Shown here: positions 13,363-26,570 of the stretch, piece by piece
Position numbering within the stretch: the stretch's first letter is position 1
How the letters are laid out: each line of letters starts with the position of its first letter
Assembly: GCA_024137785.1 (NCBI GenBank)
Contig: JAHRHZ010000146.1
Location: 85,571 to 149,570, forward strand
Source: Ginglymostoma cirratum
Taxonomy: Eukaryota
Direction of reading: 5' to 3'
Length of the DNA stretch: 64,000 bases
The notes under the pieces: model-generated
What the model saw: the letters and a program-made list of their open reading frames with translations, nothing else
Database searches by the model: none
Told to the model about the DNA's origin: nothing
Translations under genes and position numbers: made by a program

Positions 13363-14044
13363 CTGTAAACAGGTTCTTGGAATTTGCATTTTAATGATCT
13401 TCAAAGAGCTGTCTCCATTTCCAACCTCTGCAAAGAGAACCAAAACATTCCTACATTGTACCATTTAGTTTACATTGTCCATCCTCAGTCTAATACCCGA
13501 AAGGCATCGGTTCACATCTCACTGAATTTCGTCGGCAGGAGGCTGAGAGATGCTGATGTATAAAGTGTGAAATGTGTTTTAATCTGTAAACCCGGGACAT
13601 TTCCAATAGTGTCAGTCAGTCAACTAATTTAGGTTTGTTCACGACAGCCATTTCATTTAGCTCAGCAATGGTATTGATTTTACAAACAGGGGGAGACACG
13701 AATGAGTGAGGACTTGGGAGTCCGTGTGTATTTGAGTGCAGTGTAGATTCACCAGAATGATAGCAAGTGTTCAATGGCGAGGGAGTAAAATGAGACAAAC
13801 CCAGGGTTGTGTCCCTGGAATTTAGAGGGATTGGAGGTAATGAAAGTTTTTGAGACAATAATGGAAACCGCTGGGATAGATAGACAGAAAGGTTTCTTAC
13901 TTCTGGGTCTAGGATTAGGATCATCTTCTAAAAATCTAACAATACTCTGAAACCCTTTCAAGACTAAAATGAAGGAAGAAAGCCTCCCATTTCTCTACGT
14001 GATGTTGCACAGACTCTTTCTTCCTCACTCATGAACTGAACCTG

Positions 14045-14960
14045 TCATAGTCATACAGCACGGAAATAGACCCTTTGGTTCAAGCTGTCCATGCCGAACA
14101 TAATCCCAAATTAAACTAGTCCCACCTACCTGGTTCTGGCATATATCCCTCCAAACGTTTCCTCTTCATGTACGTATTCAAGTTTCTTTTAAAAAGATGG
14201 ATGTGGGTACAATTTCAACACTTCCTCCAGAAGTTCATTCCACCTGTGAACTACCCTCTGAAAAGTTTGCCCCTCATAACTTTTTTAAATCTGTCTCCTC
14301 TCATCTGAACAATGTGCTCCCTGGTCTTGAAATCCCCCATCACAGGGAAACGACAAGTACTATTAATCCTATCTACACCTCTCACTATTTTATAAACTTT
14401 ACAAACTAAATTGTTTTGATTTGATTTGATTTGAGTTAATGTTGTCACATGCACCCAAGTATAATGAAAAGCTTTGTTTTGTGAGCAGTACAAGCAGATC
14501 ACAGCGAACAAGGACATACAGACCACAGGGGGCTCAGAAAGATCGAGGCATACAATGTTGCGGCTGCACAGTAGGTTCAGATAGCAAAATTAACACAAGC
14601 AAGATCAATAATTATTTGAAGTTAGAGAGGTGTATTCAGCAGGCTAATAACAGCAGGGAAGAAGCTGTTCTTGAACATGTTGGCGCATGTGTTCAAGCTT
14701 CTGCATCTTCTGCCTGATGGAAGAGGTTGGAAGACAGCGGGAGGGGTCTTTGATGAAGTTGGCAGCCTTTCCGTGGCAACATGAAGTGCAAATGGAGTCC
14801 ATAGACGGGTGATTGGCTTTTGTGATAGTCTGGGCTGTGTATGCAACTTTCTGTAGTTTTTTATGGTCCTGGGAAGAGCAGTCACCTCTCAACCTTCTAC
14901 ACTCCAGTGAAAAAAGTCCCAACCTATCGAGTCTTTCTTTACAACTCAATCTTTCCTGCA
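14045..14960 (-). mobile_element. CR1 3' fragment interrupted by a Rex/Babar-type LINE 3' end (~14410-14880)
   Basis: LPSGRRCRSL..FKNSFFPAVISLLN and (gattt)n tail inside CR1 sequence. Confidence 0.75.
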
Positions 14961-16267
14961 TTCTCTGTCCTGCTTGTGTTTTACTGTCCCATGTAAAGTT
15001 GTGTTATGAGGAAATGTAAGACAGGATCCCATCATCTCAGTCATTCATAGAAATTATGCCCAATGCACTGTCGGTAACAGAGAATGATTCACTCCTATCT
15101 GCTACGGTACAGCTCATGTCTGTCTCAGACTCAGCTCTGAAACATCTCCAGGATGGTCCCATCCTGTATCTGTGTATCTCTGGCTCTGTTTTTGTGTCTG
15201 CAACTCTCTCACTCTGTCTCTGAAGTTAGCTTCCCCATTCCATCAATTACACTGAGGGCATTACAGAACAGCTCTATTCCCTGTAAACCAGTTTGAGACA
15301 CGCTGAAGACATGAAATGTGTTTTATAAATGTCCATCCCTCAGTTACCTTGAGGGTGCTCAGTGTCAGGGTGTGATTTGGATGATTAAAATGCAAATTCC
15401 AGGCCAGGCCTCAAGGACATTTTTGCTGTTTATGACAAACAGAAAGCTCTCATCTCTCACATGCCTATTTCACTGGAATTCTCTTCTTCATATTAATTGA
15501 CCATCAACAGTGAGGTCAAAGACTGCTTTACTGAGACAACATCAGGAATCCTGTGGAACACTTCCATCCTCAAATATCTTCAGAACGACAGTAAACAGCA
15601 TCTGCTTGTATCCTCCCAAAGTCTACTACTCTTCCCTGTTTACTCCATTGTCAATTTGTGTGTGATCTGCAAATTCTGATGATTATTCCTGTTTAATAGG
15701 GATGGATAGAGAGTAAAGCTCTCTCTACACTGTTTATATCAATGACTCCCAAGATAGGTACAGCACAGGGAGCTCTCTGGATGACGTTGTAGCAAATATG
15801 TGAAGGACAGGCATTGTCCAAGTAGAGATGCAGAGTTAAACTCAGTCTAAACCGTCTCCATCGCACACCTCCAAACACAGATACACACGCGCACAAACAA
15901 AAGGCACAGTCCTGAAATCTTGACTGTGATACAACAGGGTCAATATATTGCTGGCTCAACATTCTCAACAGGGACTGAACTCTTCCATTAATTCACATTC
16001 TTTGTTTGATTCTCCCTGTTCTGTTCTGATTTTCTGCTAGATTCCTGGTTCGTAACATCCAAGACAGTCTTAGAGTTAAACACTGACTCAGCAGAGATAG
16101 TTTAGAAAGTAAATTGGAAAGAGGACAGTTGATAGGAAGTTAATCTGCTCATTCAGTCAAAATGATGTGTTCCCAGATTTTATGAGGGATTGATATGTGA
16201 CAGTGAGGAAAGGGGATCAAATTATTCTAAGTCTGCACTGAAAAATTAAAGCTGACCTCCAATCACA

Positions 16268-16535
16268 GGTGGCACGGTGGCTCAGTGGTTAGCACTGTTA
16301 CCTGAAAGTACCAGGGACCCGAGTTTGAGTTCACCCTTGGGCGACTGTCTATGTGGGGCTTGTACGTTCTCTGCATGGGTTTCCTCCGGGTGCTCTGGTT
16401 TCCTCCCACAGTCCATAGATGTGCAGGTTAGGTGGATTGGCCATGCTAAATTGCACTGTAGTGCTCAGGGATGTGTAGATTAGGTGGGTTATAGGGGGAT
16501 GGGTCTAGGGGGATACTCTGAGGTTTGGTGTGTAC
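16268..16535 (+). mobile_element. HE1-type tRNA-derived (V-)SINE
   Basis: ggtggcacggtggctcagtggttagcact A box; ctccgggtgctctggtttcctcccacagtcc core. Confidence 0.85.
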
Positions 16536-16922
16536 TCTCTCACACAATCTCACTTTTTCTCTCTCATACACAATCTCACTATGTCTCTCTCTTTCATGCA
16601 CAATCTCTCTCATTCATTATCTAGATTTTATTCTGCTGTCTATCGGGACCGAGGCAGATGAAGGGAGAATGGTATTACAGAATTGAGCTCAACGATCAGC
16701 CTTGATCATATTGAATGGGCAAGCAGACTTGAGGGACCAAATGGCTTACTCCTGCTCCTATCTTCTATACTCTGGTCAGGAAAAAGAAGAATGCATCCAT
16801 TAGGTTTAAGCTATTGGGCTCAAGTGAATCCCTAGATGACTATAAAAAGTGTAGGAGCACACAAGAGGGAAGTCAGAAGAGCAAACAAAGGATGTGAGGT
16901 GGCTCTGGCAAATAAGGCATAG

Positions 16923-18770
16923 GTGTTCCACAGAGTGGTCCCCAAGCCTCCGCTTGGTTTCCCCAATTTAGAGGAGGCCGCAACGGGAACAGAGGATGCA
17001 GTATACCACATTGGTAGATGTGCAGGTGAACATCTGTTTGATATAGAAGGTCTTCTTGGGGCCTGGGATGGGGGCGAGGGGGGAGGTGTAGGGGCAGGTG
17101 TAGCACTTCCTGCGGTTGCAGGGAAAAGTGCCGGGTGTGGTTTGGCTGGTGGGAGTGGACAAGGGAGTCACGGGGAGAGTGGAGGAGGCCATCCCTTATT
17201 CCCAATTCCTTCGCCTCTGCCGCATCTGCTCCCGAGGTGAGGCATTCCACTCCCAAGCATCCCAGATGTCCTCGTTTTTCAAGAAGCTATACTATCTCCG
17301 ATCTCTTCCTCCGTTATATCGATGACTGTATCGGCGCCACCTCGTGCTCCCACGAGGAACTCGATCAGTTCACCCACTTCACTAACACCTTCCACCCCAA
17401 CCTTAAGTTCACCTGAAACATCTCTGATGCCTCTCCCTCCTTCTTGGACCTCTCTGTTTCCATCTCTGGCAACCACCTGGAAACCAATATCCATTTAAAT
17501 CCTACCAACTCCCACAGTTACCTAGAATACACCTCCTCCCACCCACCTTCCTGCAAAAAGGCCATCCCCTATTGCCAATTCCTTCGCCTCTGCCACATCT
17601 GCTCCCGACATGAGGCATTCCACTCCCGGTCATCCCAAATGTTCACATTTTTCAAGGGCCACAACTTCCCCTCCACAGTGGTCGAAAATGCCCTTGACCG
17701 TGTCTCTCTCATTTCCCGCAACTAATCTCTGCCCACAATAACAACCAAAACAGAATCCCCCTCGTCCTCATGAACCACTCTACCAACCTCTGGATCCAAC
17801 GTATCATCCTCTGACACTTCTGCCATCTACAATCCGACCCCACTACCAAAGACATATTTCCCTCCTCATCCTTATCTGCTTTCGGGAGGGACTGCTCTCT
17901 CCATGACTCCCTTGTCCATTCCACACTCCCCACAAGCCTCACTACCCCCGGCACTTTTCCCTGCAACTACAGGAGGTACTACACCTGCCCCTACACCTAC
18001 CCCCTCACTCCCATCCCAGGCCCTAAAAAGACCTTCCACATCCATCAGATGTTCACTTGCACATCTGCTAATGTGATATACTGTACCCACTGTTCCAGTT
18101 GTGGTCTCCTGTACAGTGGGGAAACCAAGCGGAGGCTTGGGGACCGCTTTGTGGAACACCTACGCTCGGTTCACAACAAACAACTGCACCTCCCAGTCGG
18201 GAACCATTTCAACTCCCCCTCCCACTCCTCAGACGACATGTCCATCCTGGGCCTCCTGCAGTGCCACAGTGATGCCACCCGAAGACTGCAGGAACAGCAT
18301 CTCATATTTTGCTTGGGAACCCTGCAGCCCAATGGTATCAATGTGGACTTCACAAGCTTCAAAATCTCGCCGCCCCCGACCACATCCCAAAACCAGCCCA
18401 GCTCATCCCCGCCTCCCTAACCTGTCCTCCCACCTATCCACTCCTACCACGCCAAGCCCCACCCCCACCTCCTACCTACTAGCCTCATCCCGCCTCCTTG
18501 ACCTGTCCGTCCTCCCTGGTCCAACCTATCGCCTCCCTAACTCCCTACCTAAGCTCACCTTCACTGGCTCCAACCCTGTCTCCTTGACCTGTCTGTCTCC
18601 TCTCCACCTAACTTCTCCTTTATCCATCTTCTATCCACCCCCCCCTCCCTATTTATTTCAGAACCCCCTTCCCCTCCCCCATTTCTGAAGAAGGGTCGAG
18701 ACGCGAAACGTCAGCCTTCCTGCTCCTCTGATGCTGCTTGGCCTGCTGTGTTCATCCAGCTCTACACCTG
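16923..18770 (+). mobile_element. Penelope-like element with 5' inverted/rearranged segment
   Basis: Minus EN piece 16923-17185, then plus RYIDD...GIY-YIG (ORF 18049-18420) and tail. Confidence 0.9.
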
Positions 18771-19959
18771 GATAGATACATGGATGGGAAGGATTTAGAA
18801 GGATATGGACCAAATGTGGGCAGTTGGAACGAGCTGATCGGGCACCATAGTCAGCATGGACCAATTTGGGCCGAAGGGTCTGTTTATTTGCTGTATTACT
18901 CTGTGACTCTATGTTTCTGTGTAATGTCTCCAGGTTCAATGATAAGACCAATGTTGGGTAGCAGAGAAAGCTGTGGGGATGACCAAGGAGGCTGTGAACT
19001 GAAATGGACAGCTTCACTGAGTGGGCAGGTAATGGGCAGATGGAATATAACGTGGAGAAATGACCGTTTGTGGTAGAGCTTTGCAAACTAACTCAGTGAC
19101 ACATTATCTATGAAATGAAAATGTATTTTGTTTTTCATCTTGTGGAGTTACCATTAGTAATTGGTGAGCTTGCCTATTGCCACAGCACAGCTAGAATGAT
19201 GTAGGCGAGTCCTTTAATAATACATTCAAGGTACGGGGTGGGGGGTGGTGAGAAACAACAACTCAGCAGGTCTGGCAGAGTGTGTAGCAAGATAGCGGTG
19301 TTGACATTTTGAGTTTGGTTACTCATCGTTCTAATGAAAAGATTAGTGAGTGAAGCTAGTTGAATTGTTCTAATAGAGAGCCTGCATTGGACCAGCTTTG
19401 CAGACTCCAGGAATTTTTTTTTACACATTCACATATGGACAAATGTCTGGCTCAGGATCAGAGCCATCTTCTCACAATGGCTTTAGGAATAAGTGCACAG
19501 AGCTACACTTTCAGTTCACATTCACATTTCTAGTTTGTGCAGAGGCTTTCAGTTCAGAGTTGCTGTCTTGTGAATTCCCATCACACCCTCCATTGCAGAC
19601 ATTATGGGCAGTTGTAAACTTGATCGAACTCCCCCATAACCATTACAATCAACTTGTCTCCAGTTGCATTCCAACTGGGATCACAAGTAAATAATGTTCA
19701 GGCGCAGAATCATTCATGATGACTGCGATGGTTGAACAATTCTGTGATGCTTCTCCCAGCTTCTTTTTTTTTTGCCAGATATCTTCAATCAGAATCCTCT
19801 GGTTAATGGTCATTAATGCCTTTGGAAACTGTTTCTCCCACTTGACTCTTTTGCTTGTAATTTTGTGCCATAACTCATCTTAATTGCCCCTTTTTCCTCA
19901 CCCAAAGTATTGCATGAAGGAACTCCAGCTGAAATCATATAGTGTGGAGATTAAGTTTC

Positions 19960-21020
19960 TATCTGAATTGTGCAGGTTCATAGTTCCTTGAAATTGAAGT
20001 CACAGGTTGACGTGTTTAGTACGCTTGCCTTTATAGGTCAGTGCGTCAAGTATAGGAGTAGGGAGGTCATGTTACAGATGTGCAGGACATTGGTTGGGCC
20101 ACTTTTGGAATACTATGTTATCCCTGCTATGGAAAGGTTGTTGTGAAACTTGAAAGGATTCAGAAAAGATTTACAAAAATATTGCCTGGATTGGAAGGCT
20201 TGAGATATCGGGAGAAGCTGAATTGGCTGGAGCTAGTTTTCCTGAATGTTGGAGGCCGAGCGGTGACCTGACAGAAGTTTATAAAATCATGAGGAGCATG
20301 GGTAGGCTAAATAGACAAGGTCTTTTGCTCAGGGCATTGGAGTCTGAAAACAGAGGGCACAGGTTTAAGATGAGAGGGGAAAAATTTTAAAGGGACATAA
20401 AGGCCAACATTTTCACGCAGAGGATGTTGCGTGTTTGGACTGAGCTGCCAGAGAAAGTGGTTGAGGCTGGTACAGTTCCAACATTTAAAAAGCATCTGTA
20501 TGGGTATATGAATAGGAAGGGTCTAGAGGGATATGGGCCAAATACTGGCAAAACTGACTAGGTTAATTTAGCTTATCTGGTTTGCATGGACAAGTTGGAC
20601 CAAAGTAGGTGAGTGGGTTTGGGACCCAGAGAGATAGTGGAAAAAATTGATCAGTCTGAGGCTGGTGCAGTTTAGAAAAAGAAAGAGTCAAACAGTCAAG
20701 GTAGGCAGGAGCAAAGTATAGAATGAGGTTGTACTGATAAATTAAACTGCATTTATTTCAATTCCAGAAACCTGACAGGTTGGGAACACGGGACTGGGAT
20801 AGCATAGATGCTCCAGAGACGTAGCTCTAGGATGGACAGGGCTGGCAATTAAATGTTCCAGTGTATAGATGCGAAAGAAAGGAGAGAAAGTGGGTGAGAA
20901 AGGAGGGGGAGTGTCCTTGCTTTTATTAGGCATAACTTTATGGCTGTATTTAAGGATGCTATTCGGTGCATTCGGTGAAGTTATTTGGCTGGAATTGAAA
21001 AACAAGACAGGCTTATTGGA
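19960..21020 (+). mobile_element. CR1 fragments
   Basis: LERIQKRFTKILPGLE; 3' UTR; degenerate endonuclease region. Confidence 0.75.
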
Positions 21021-21539
21021 CTAGCAGAGGGCTGCGACGAAGCTGATTGGCGGTCACGACGGACACTTGCATCGGCGCTGTCACCACTACCAGAAGGGGG
21101 ACGTTGAAAAGAAACACTCCAAGTTCAAGTGATGACAAGCATTGAGCAGAGGGTTGTGATGATGTTGATTGGTGGTTGGGGTGATGTTTTGCATTGGTGC
21201 TGTCACCAATACCAAACAGTGGTTTATGGAGGGAGTATTGTCAAGGGACAGTCAAGCCCCAAAATCCTATTTCAGTATTTCCTTGCTTCCTCCTCCAACC
21301 AGGAATTAAATCAATGTGAGGACTATAAACTGAGGGAAAGTGAGTGGTCTTGCACTACTGAAGGTGATGACAAGGGAGACAGCTGATTGGTGAGTAGTGG
21401 GGAAAAGTAGGGAAGTCTTTACAAATTCTGTTACTAAGAGTACTTTTTTTGGCTTCTAATCTGTAAAAGTAATATACAGACCAGGAAAAGAGGGCTGCAG
21501 ATAACTGGATTTGATTCAATCTAATAGAAAGTACTCTTT

Positions 21540-22985
21540 AAGACCATAAGACAAAGGAGCCATTCGTCCCATCGAGTCTCTGCCGCCATTCAATCATGGC
21601 TGATAAATTCCTCAACCCCTTTCTCCCGCTTTCTCCCTGTAACCCTTCATCCCCTTGATAACCAAGAACCGATCTATCTCAGTCTTCAATGTACTCAATG
21701 ACCTGGCCTCCACAGCCTTCTGTGGCAGTGAATTCCATAGATTTAGCACTCTCTGGCTGAATAAGTTTCTCCTTATCTCTGTTCTAAAAGGCCTTCCCTT
21801 TATTCTAAGGCTGTGTCCTTGGGTCCTAGTCTCTCCTATCAATGGAAGCATCTTCCCAACATCCACTCAGTCCAGGCCATACAGTATCCTGTAAGTTTCA
21901 ATTAGATCCCCTCATCCTTTTAAACTCCAATAAGTATAGTCCCAGCCTCAAGGGTCCTCATATGTTAAGCTTTTCATTCCTGGACCATTCTTGTGAACCT
22001 TCTCTGAATCCGCTCCAGGGCCAGTACATCCTTCCTTGAGATATGGCGCCCAAAACTGCACACAATACCCCAAATGTGGCCTGACCAGAGCCTCAGTAGT
22101 ACATCCCTGCTTTTATATTCAAATCCTCTCAAAATAAATGCCAACGTTGCATTTGTCTTCCTGACTACTGACCCAACCTGCAAGTTTACCTTGAGAGAAT
22201 CCTGGACTAGAACTCCCAAGTCTCTTTGCACTTCAGACTTCTGAATTTTCTCCCCATTTAGAAAATAGTCCATGCTTTTATTCTTCTACCCAAAGTGCCT
22301 AACCTCACACTTTCCCACGTTGTACTCCATCTGTCACTTCTTTGCGCACGCTCCTAACCCGTCCAAATCCTTCTGCAGCCTCTCCACCTCCTCAATACTA
22401 CCTGTCCCTCTACCTATCTTTGTATCGTCTGCAAACGTAGCCAGAATGCCCACGGTTCCTTCAACTAGATCATTAATGTACAAAGTGAAAAATTGTGGTC
22501 CCAACACTGACCCTTGCAGAACACCACATGTCCCCGGCTGCCATCCTGAGAAAGACCCTTTTATCCACAATCTCTGCTTTCTGCCAGACAGCCAATTTTA
22601 TATCCATGCTAGTACCTTGTCTCTAACAACATGGGCCCTTATCTTACGCAGCAGCCTCCTGTGTGGCACCTTGTCAAAGGCCTTCTTGAAGTCCAGGTTG
22701 ATAACATCCATTGGCTCTCCTTGGTCTACCCTGCTCGTTACTTCCTCAAAGAATTCTAGCAGATTTGTCATACATGACCTCCCCTTGATGAAACCAAGCT
22801 GACTTTGCCCTACTTTACCACACACTTCCAAATATTTAGAAATCTCGTCCTTTACAATGGACTCCAAAATCTTACGAATGACCTAGGTTAGGCTAATCGG
22901 CTTGTAATTTTCTGTCTTTTGCCTTTACTCCCTTTTTAAACAGGGATGTCACATTAGTGATTTTCCAGTCCTCTGGGACCCTGAC
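21540..22985 (-). mobile_element. CR1 LINE RT + 3' end
   Basis: DFKKAFDKVPH, QGSVLGP, FADD. Confidence 0.9.
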
Positions 22986-23049
22986 ATGTGTGGATGGCAG
23001 CTTGTGCATTTGTGGCTGGGGACCTTTAAAGTAATTGCCATTACGTGAT

Positions 23050-24730
23050 TGCCCCTGTCATCCCCACCATATAAGCCACGGCCTGTTTTCGTTCCAGCTC
23101 TTGCTGTGAGGAAAGCGCCCTGGATGTTGACTCCTTTTTCCAAACTTCTCAGTGCCAGGTTGGAAGTTTAAGTGCCCAACATTCCAGAATGAAATGGACG
23201 CTTTGGCCGCAGTTATAGCACAGATTAGGTTTGGGGTTCATTTGTGGGATTTCCCTCTTCTGGGGGTGGGGGACTTGTATAGAGGGGTAGTCTGTCTGGG
23301 AATCCTTGGTGTATTCCTGCTCCTTCTTTCACGCCTCCAATGCAGAGGGGCCTATGAGAAGTCTGGATTGCACTTATGCAGCCTGACATTCCGGATGGCT
23401 GCTGTATCCTCATGTCCCTCTCCGACACAGCACTTATTTTGCGGAGGGCTCAAGCCTCATTACAGGAGGCTTCAGAGGAGTCACATCTCAGACATACATG
23501 CCTCCCCCTTTCTGAGGCATAGGAGACAAGGGTGCAGACCCAGCTCTTCCATTGTGCATTGGTAAGACAAGCGCGGGTAATGTCCCTGAAAACATGGATT
23601 AATCGGACCCAGAGTCTCCGGGCAAAGCTGGTGGGGTGTTCCCCTTGTTGTTGTCAGCACTTGTGCAGAGCTGTCTATATGGTCTGCCTTAACCTGCCCT
23701 ACAGCAGTAAGGACTGCTGCCTTCATGACAGCAAGTGATCGCCCTCTCGAGTTGTTGGTCCTCAGGGAGGGTCCAGTCCATGTGTGACAGTCTGTTGGTA
23801 GATTTCATCAAAAAATGTATATGGGTCTGAGGTGGATGCCAAAAAAGTGTCACTGTTTGGCAATGCCTGCCAGTTGGGTGGCTGAAATAGGTATGGTACA
23901 TGTAGTGCGACCGTCAGCTGTGTGATGCTGGGTGACCACAGGATTCACAGGGCTGTGGTGCTGGCTGTGTGTTGGGGTCTGGAGGGCGATGGGTGCTGGA
24001 TGTGCAGCCACCTGGGAGAAGGGAGTTGGGGGTTCCCAAGTGTGGGGCAGAGGTGGATTGGGAGTGGGTGAGTCAGTGCAGAGCCTCTTGTTATCTCCAT
24101 GGGGAGGTAGAACCCCAGAGGCACACATTATCCCATTGTAAGCAGAGATCTGGTTCTCTCGGGATCGTATTTTTTTCCTGGCAGTTTGAATGCTCCATAT
24201 TGGGGCTGATGTGCATTGGACAAGCTGTATGGCTGCATGGAGCTCCCTGCACTATTCTTCCAGCTTGTCAATGTACGATGAGGCTGCCTCCTGATCCTCA
24301 ATAGCCCTCCTCTCACCAGAATGGGCTCTTTCCAAATGTGACTGCAACAATCCCACATGCATCAGATTTTTCGGTATTCTGGTATCCTGCTCTTTAACTA
24401 CAAGTTTTAAATTTTCCAATTCATTAGTCGTGATTTCTAATTGCTCCTGCAGCGATTTAATCTCAGCTAGTCGTCTACGGGAGTCTTCTTGGATACATGC
24501 TATTGCTATTGCTGTGGTTATCTCAGTGGCCTCCTTTCCTCATTTGTTGCATGCTTCCTGCCATGTGCCTTGGGCTGTGAAACCTGTGGTCCAGGGCCAG
24601 GTTAGGCTGCTACAGAATTCTGTCCATTTGGACCACTTTTTTAAAGAGGTATTGTCTGAGATTGTAGTCCCATATCGGACAAAGGCACATTTGTCCTGTT
24701 TTGATAGCAAGCATATTACTGCTGCATTGT
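23050..24730 (-). mobile_element. Decayed gag-like ORF of an LTR retroelement/retrovirus-like lineage
   Basis: Frameshifted blocks CPIWDYNLRQYL/WSKWTEFC, coiled coil RRRLAEIKSLQEQLE, PVNPVVTQ, TSDPYTFF..HGLD, PTSFARRLW. Confidence 0.6.
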
Positions 24731-25319
24731 TCTCTGAATTTCTCTTAAAATTAAAATTTCCTCGATTCTTTGGAACTCGAAAATCCCTCAATTCTCTTGA
24801 ACTCAAAATAATGTCCCTTTGATTCTTAAAAATGACTTTCCCATGGTTCTGACCCCACCAATACTCTGGGGGTGGAGATAACGCTCAATACAGAGCGTTA
24901 CTTTTACTCATTCAAACTCAAAGGAAATTAAAATTCAAATCCCCTCAGCTCCATCCCCATTGGACACTTCCAGGACAGGGTCAAAGGTATAAAATTCAGA
25001 GGAAAGTTTCTTCTCCTCTGAAAATAAATAAATTAAATCCCCATCTCACACTGACCCCATCAAACGCCTCTGGGACAGGGACAAACCCGGGGGTTAAAAT
25101 AAAATCTCTATTGGTTTGTTCAAGGAATTCAAAGTGTCTTCATGGTTTCTACACAAGAGGCAAACATCTGCCCCCCTCAAGGCTGACATCCTCACAGACC
25201 CTCTATACCCCATTACCTCTTTTTGGGTCTTGTTTTGCTCACTCTGGCTTTAGAACAAGATACACTTAATAGTTTGAAATAAGAGTCAATCATTTTGCTG
25301 GCAGGCTACTGTCAAGTTT

Positions 25320-26195
25320 CTGTGTGCAGCAGTTGGGATGACATGTTACATCTGTACAAGACGTTGGTGTGGCCACATTTGGAGTACTGTGTACAGTTCT
25401 GGCCACCCTGCTGTAGGAAGGATGTTATTTTCCTGGATGCAAAAATGTTACGGAGACTGGAGGCTTTGAGTTACAGAAAGAGGTTGGATAAAGTTGGACT
25501 TCTTTCCCTATTGCTTCAGAGGTTGGGTGGTAACTTTAGAGAGGTTTATATCATTACAAGGGCCATAGATCAAGTCAATAGCCAAGGTCTTTTCCTGATG
25601 GTAGTGGAATCTAAAATAAGAGGGCAGAGGTTTAAGGTGAGAGTGGAAAGATTTAAGGGGAACCTGAGAGGCAATTTAATCACACAGAGATGGTGCATCT
25701 ATGTAATGACCTACCAGAGGAGGTGTTGGAGCTGTGTAAATTAACATTTAAAAGATATTTGGGCAAGTATGTGGGTTGGAAAGGTTTAGAGGTTTAATGC
25801 AGGCAAATGGAACCAGTTTGGGAAACCTGATCAACATGGAAGAATTGGGCCGAAGGGCCTATTTTCATGCTGTATACCTCTATGATTCAAACTGGAGAAA
25901 TCCTATTTGGGGTGGCTGTTTAAGAGTAAATCCACATCTGACATGTTGGAGTCTTTTAAAGCCCAATTGACCAGAGTTCAAGGCAAACATATACCTCTGA
26001 AAATGAAAGATCAGGCTGACAAGATTCTGGACCCTTGGATGACGGATGATATTGTACGTTTAGTGAAAAGGAACATCATGTTTCAGAAATAGCAATTAGA
26101 CAAGGCTCTTGGAGTATAAAGGGAACAGAAAAGAACTTCAAAAGGAAATTAGATGGGTCCATGAAATGCCCTTGGCCTGTAGGATTAAGGACAAC
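25320..26195 (+). mobile_element. CR1 fragments
   Basis: LYKTLVWPHLEYCVQFW. Confidence 0.8.
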
Positions 26196-26204
26196 ACATG
26201 GCAT

Positions 26205-26570
26205 GATATAGAATCCCTACACTGTGAAAACAGGCCATTGAGCCCAAGAAGTCCACACCAACCCCTTGAAGATCATCCTGTCCAGACCCATTTTCTCTCC
26301 TACCCTATCCTATTCTATTTCTGTAACTCTGCCTTTCCCATGGCTAATGCATCTAGTCTTCACATCCCTGAACTCTATGGGTAATTTAGCATAGCCAATC
26401 AACCTAACTTGTCTTTCTTTGGACTGTGGGAGTAAAGCGGAGCACCCTGTGGGGACCCATGCAGACCAGGGCAGAACATGCAAACTCCACATCGCCAGTC
26501 GCCCGAGATTGGGATCAAATCCAATCCCTGGCACTGGGAGGCAGCAGTGCTCACCACTGAGCCACTGTGT
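26205..26570 (-). mobile_element. HE1-type SINE
   Basis: Reverse complement of A/B boxes and core. Confidence 0.85.

Noticed and set aside
16268-16345. tRNA gene-like A/B boxes (also at other SINE heads)
   Set aside because: Heads of HE1-type SINEs, not tRNA genes
24862-25290. LTR for the gag-like element
   Set aside because: No clear TG..CA termini or second copy; the region contains a common short repeat also seen at ~15710-15775
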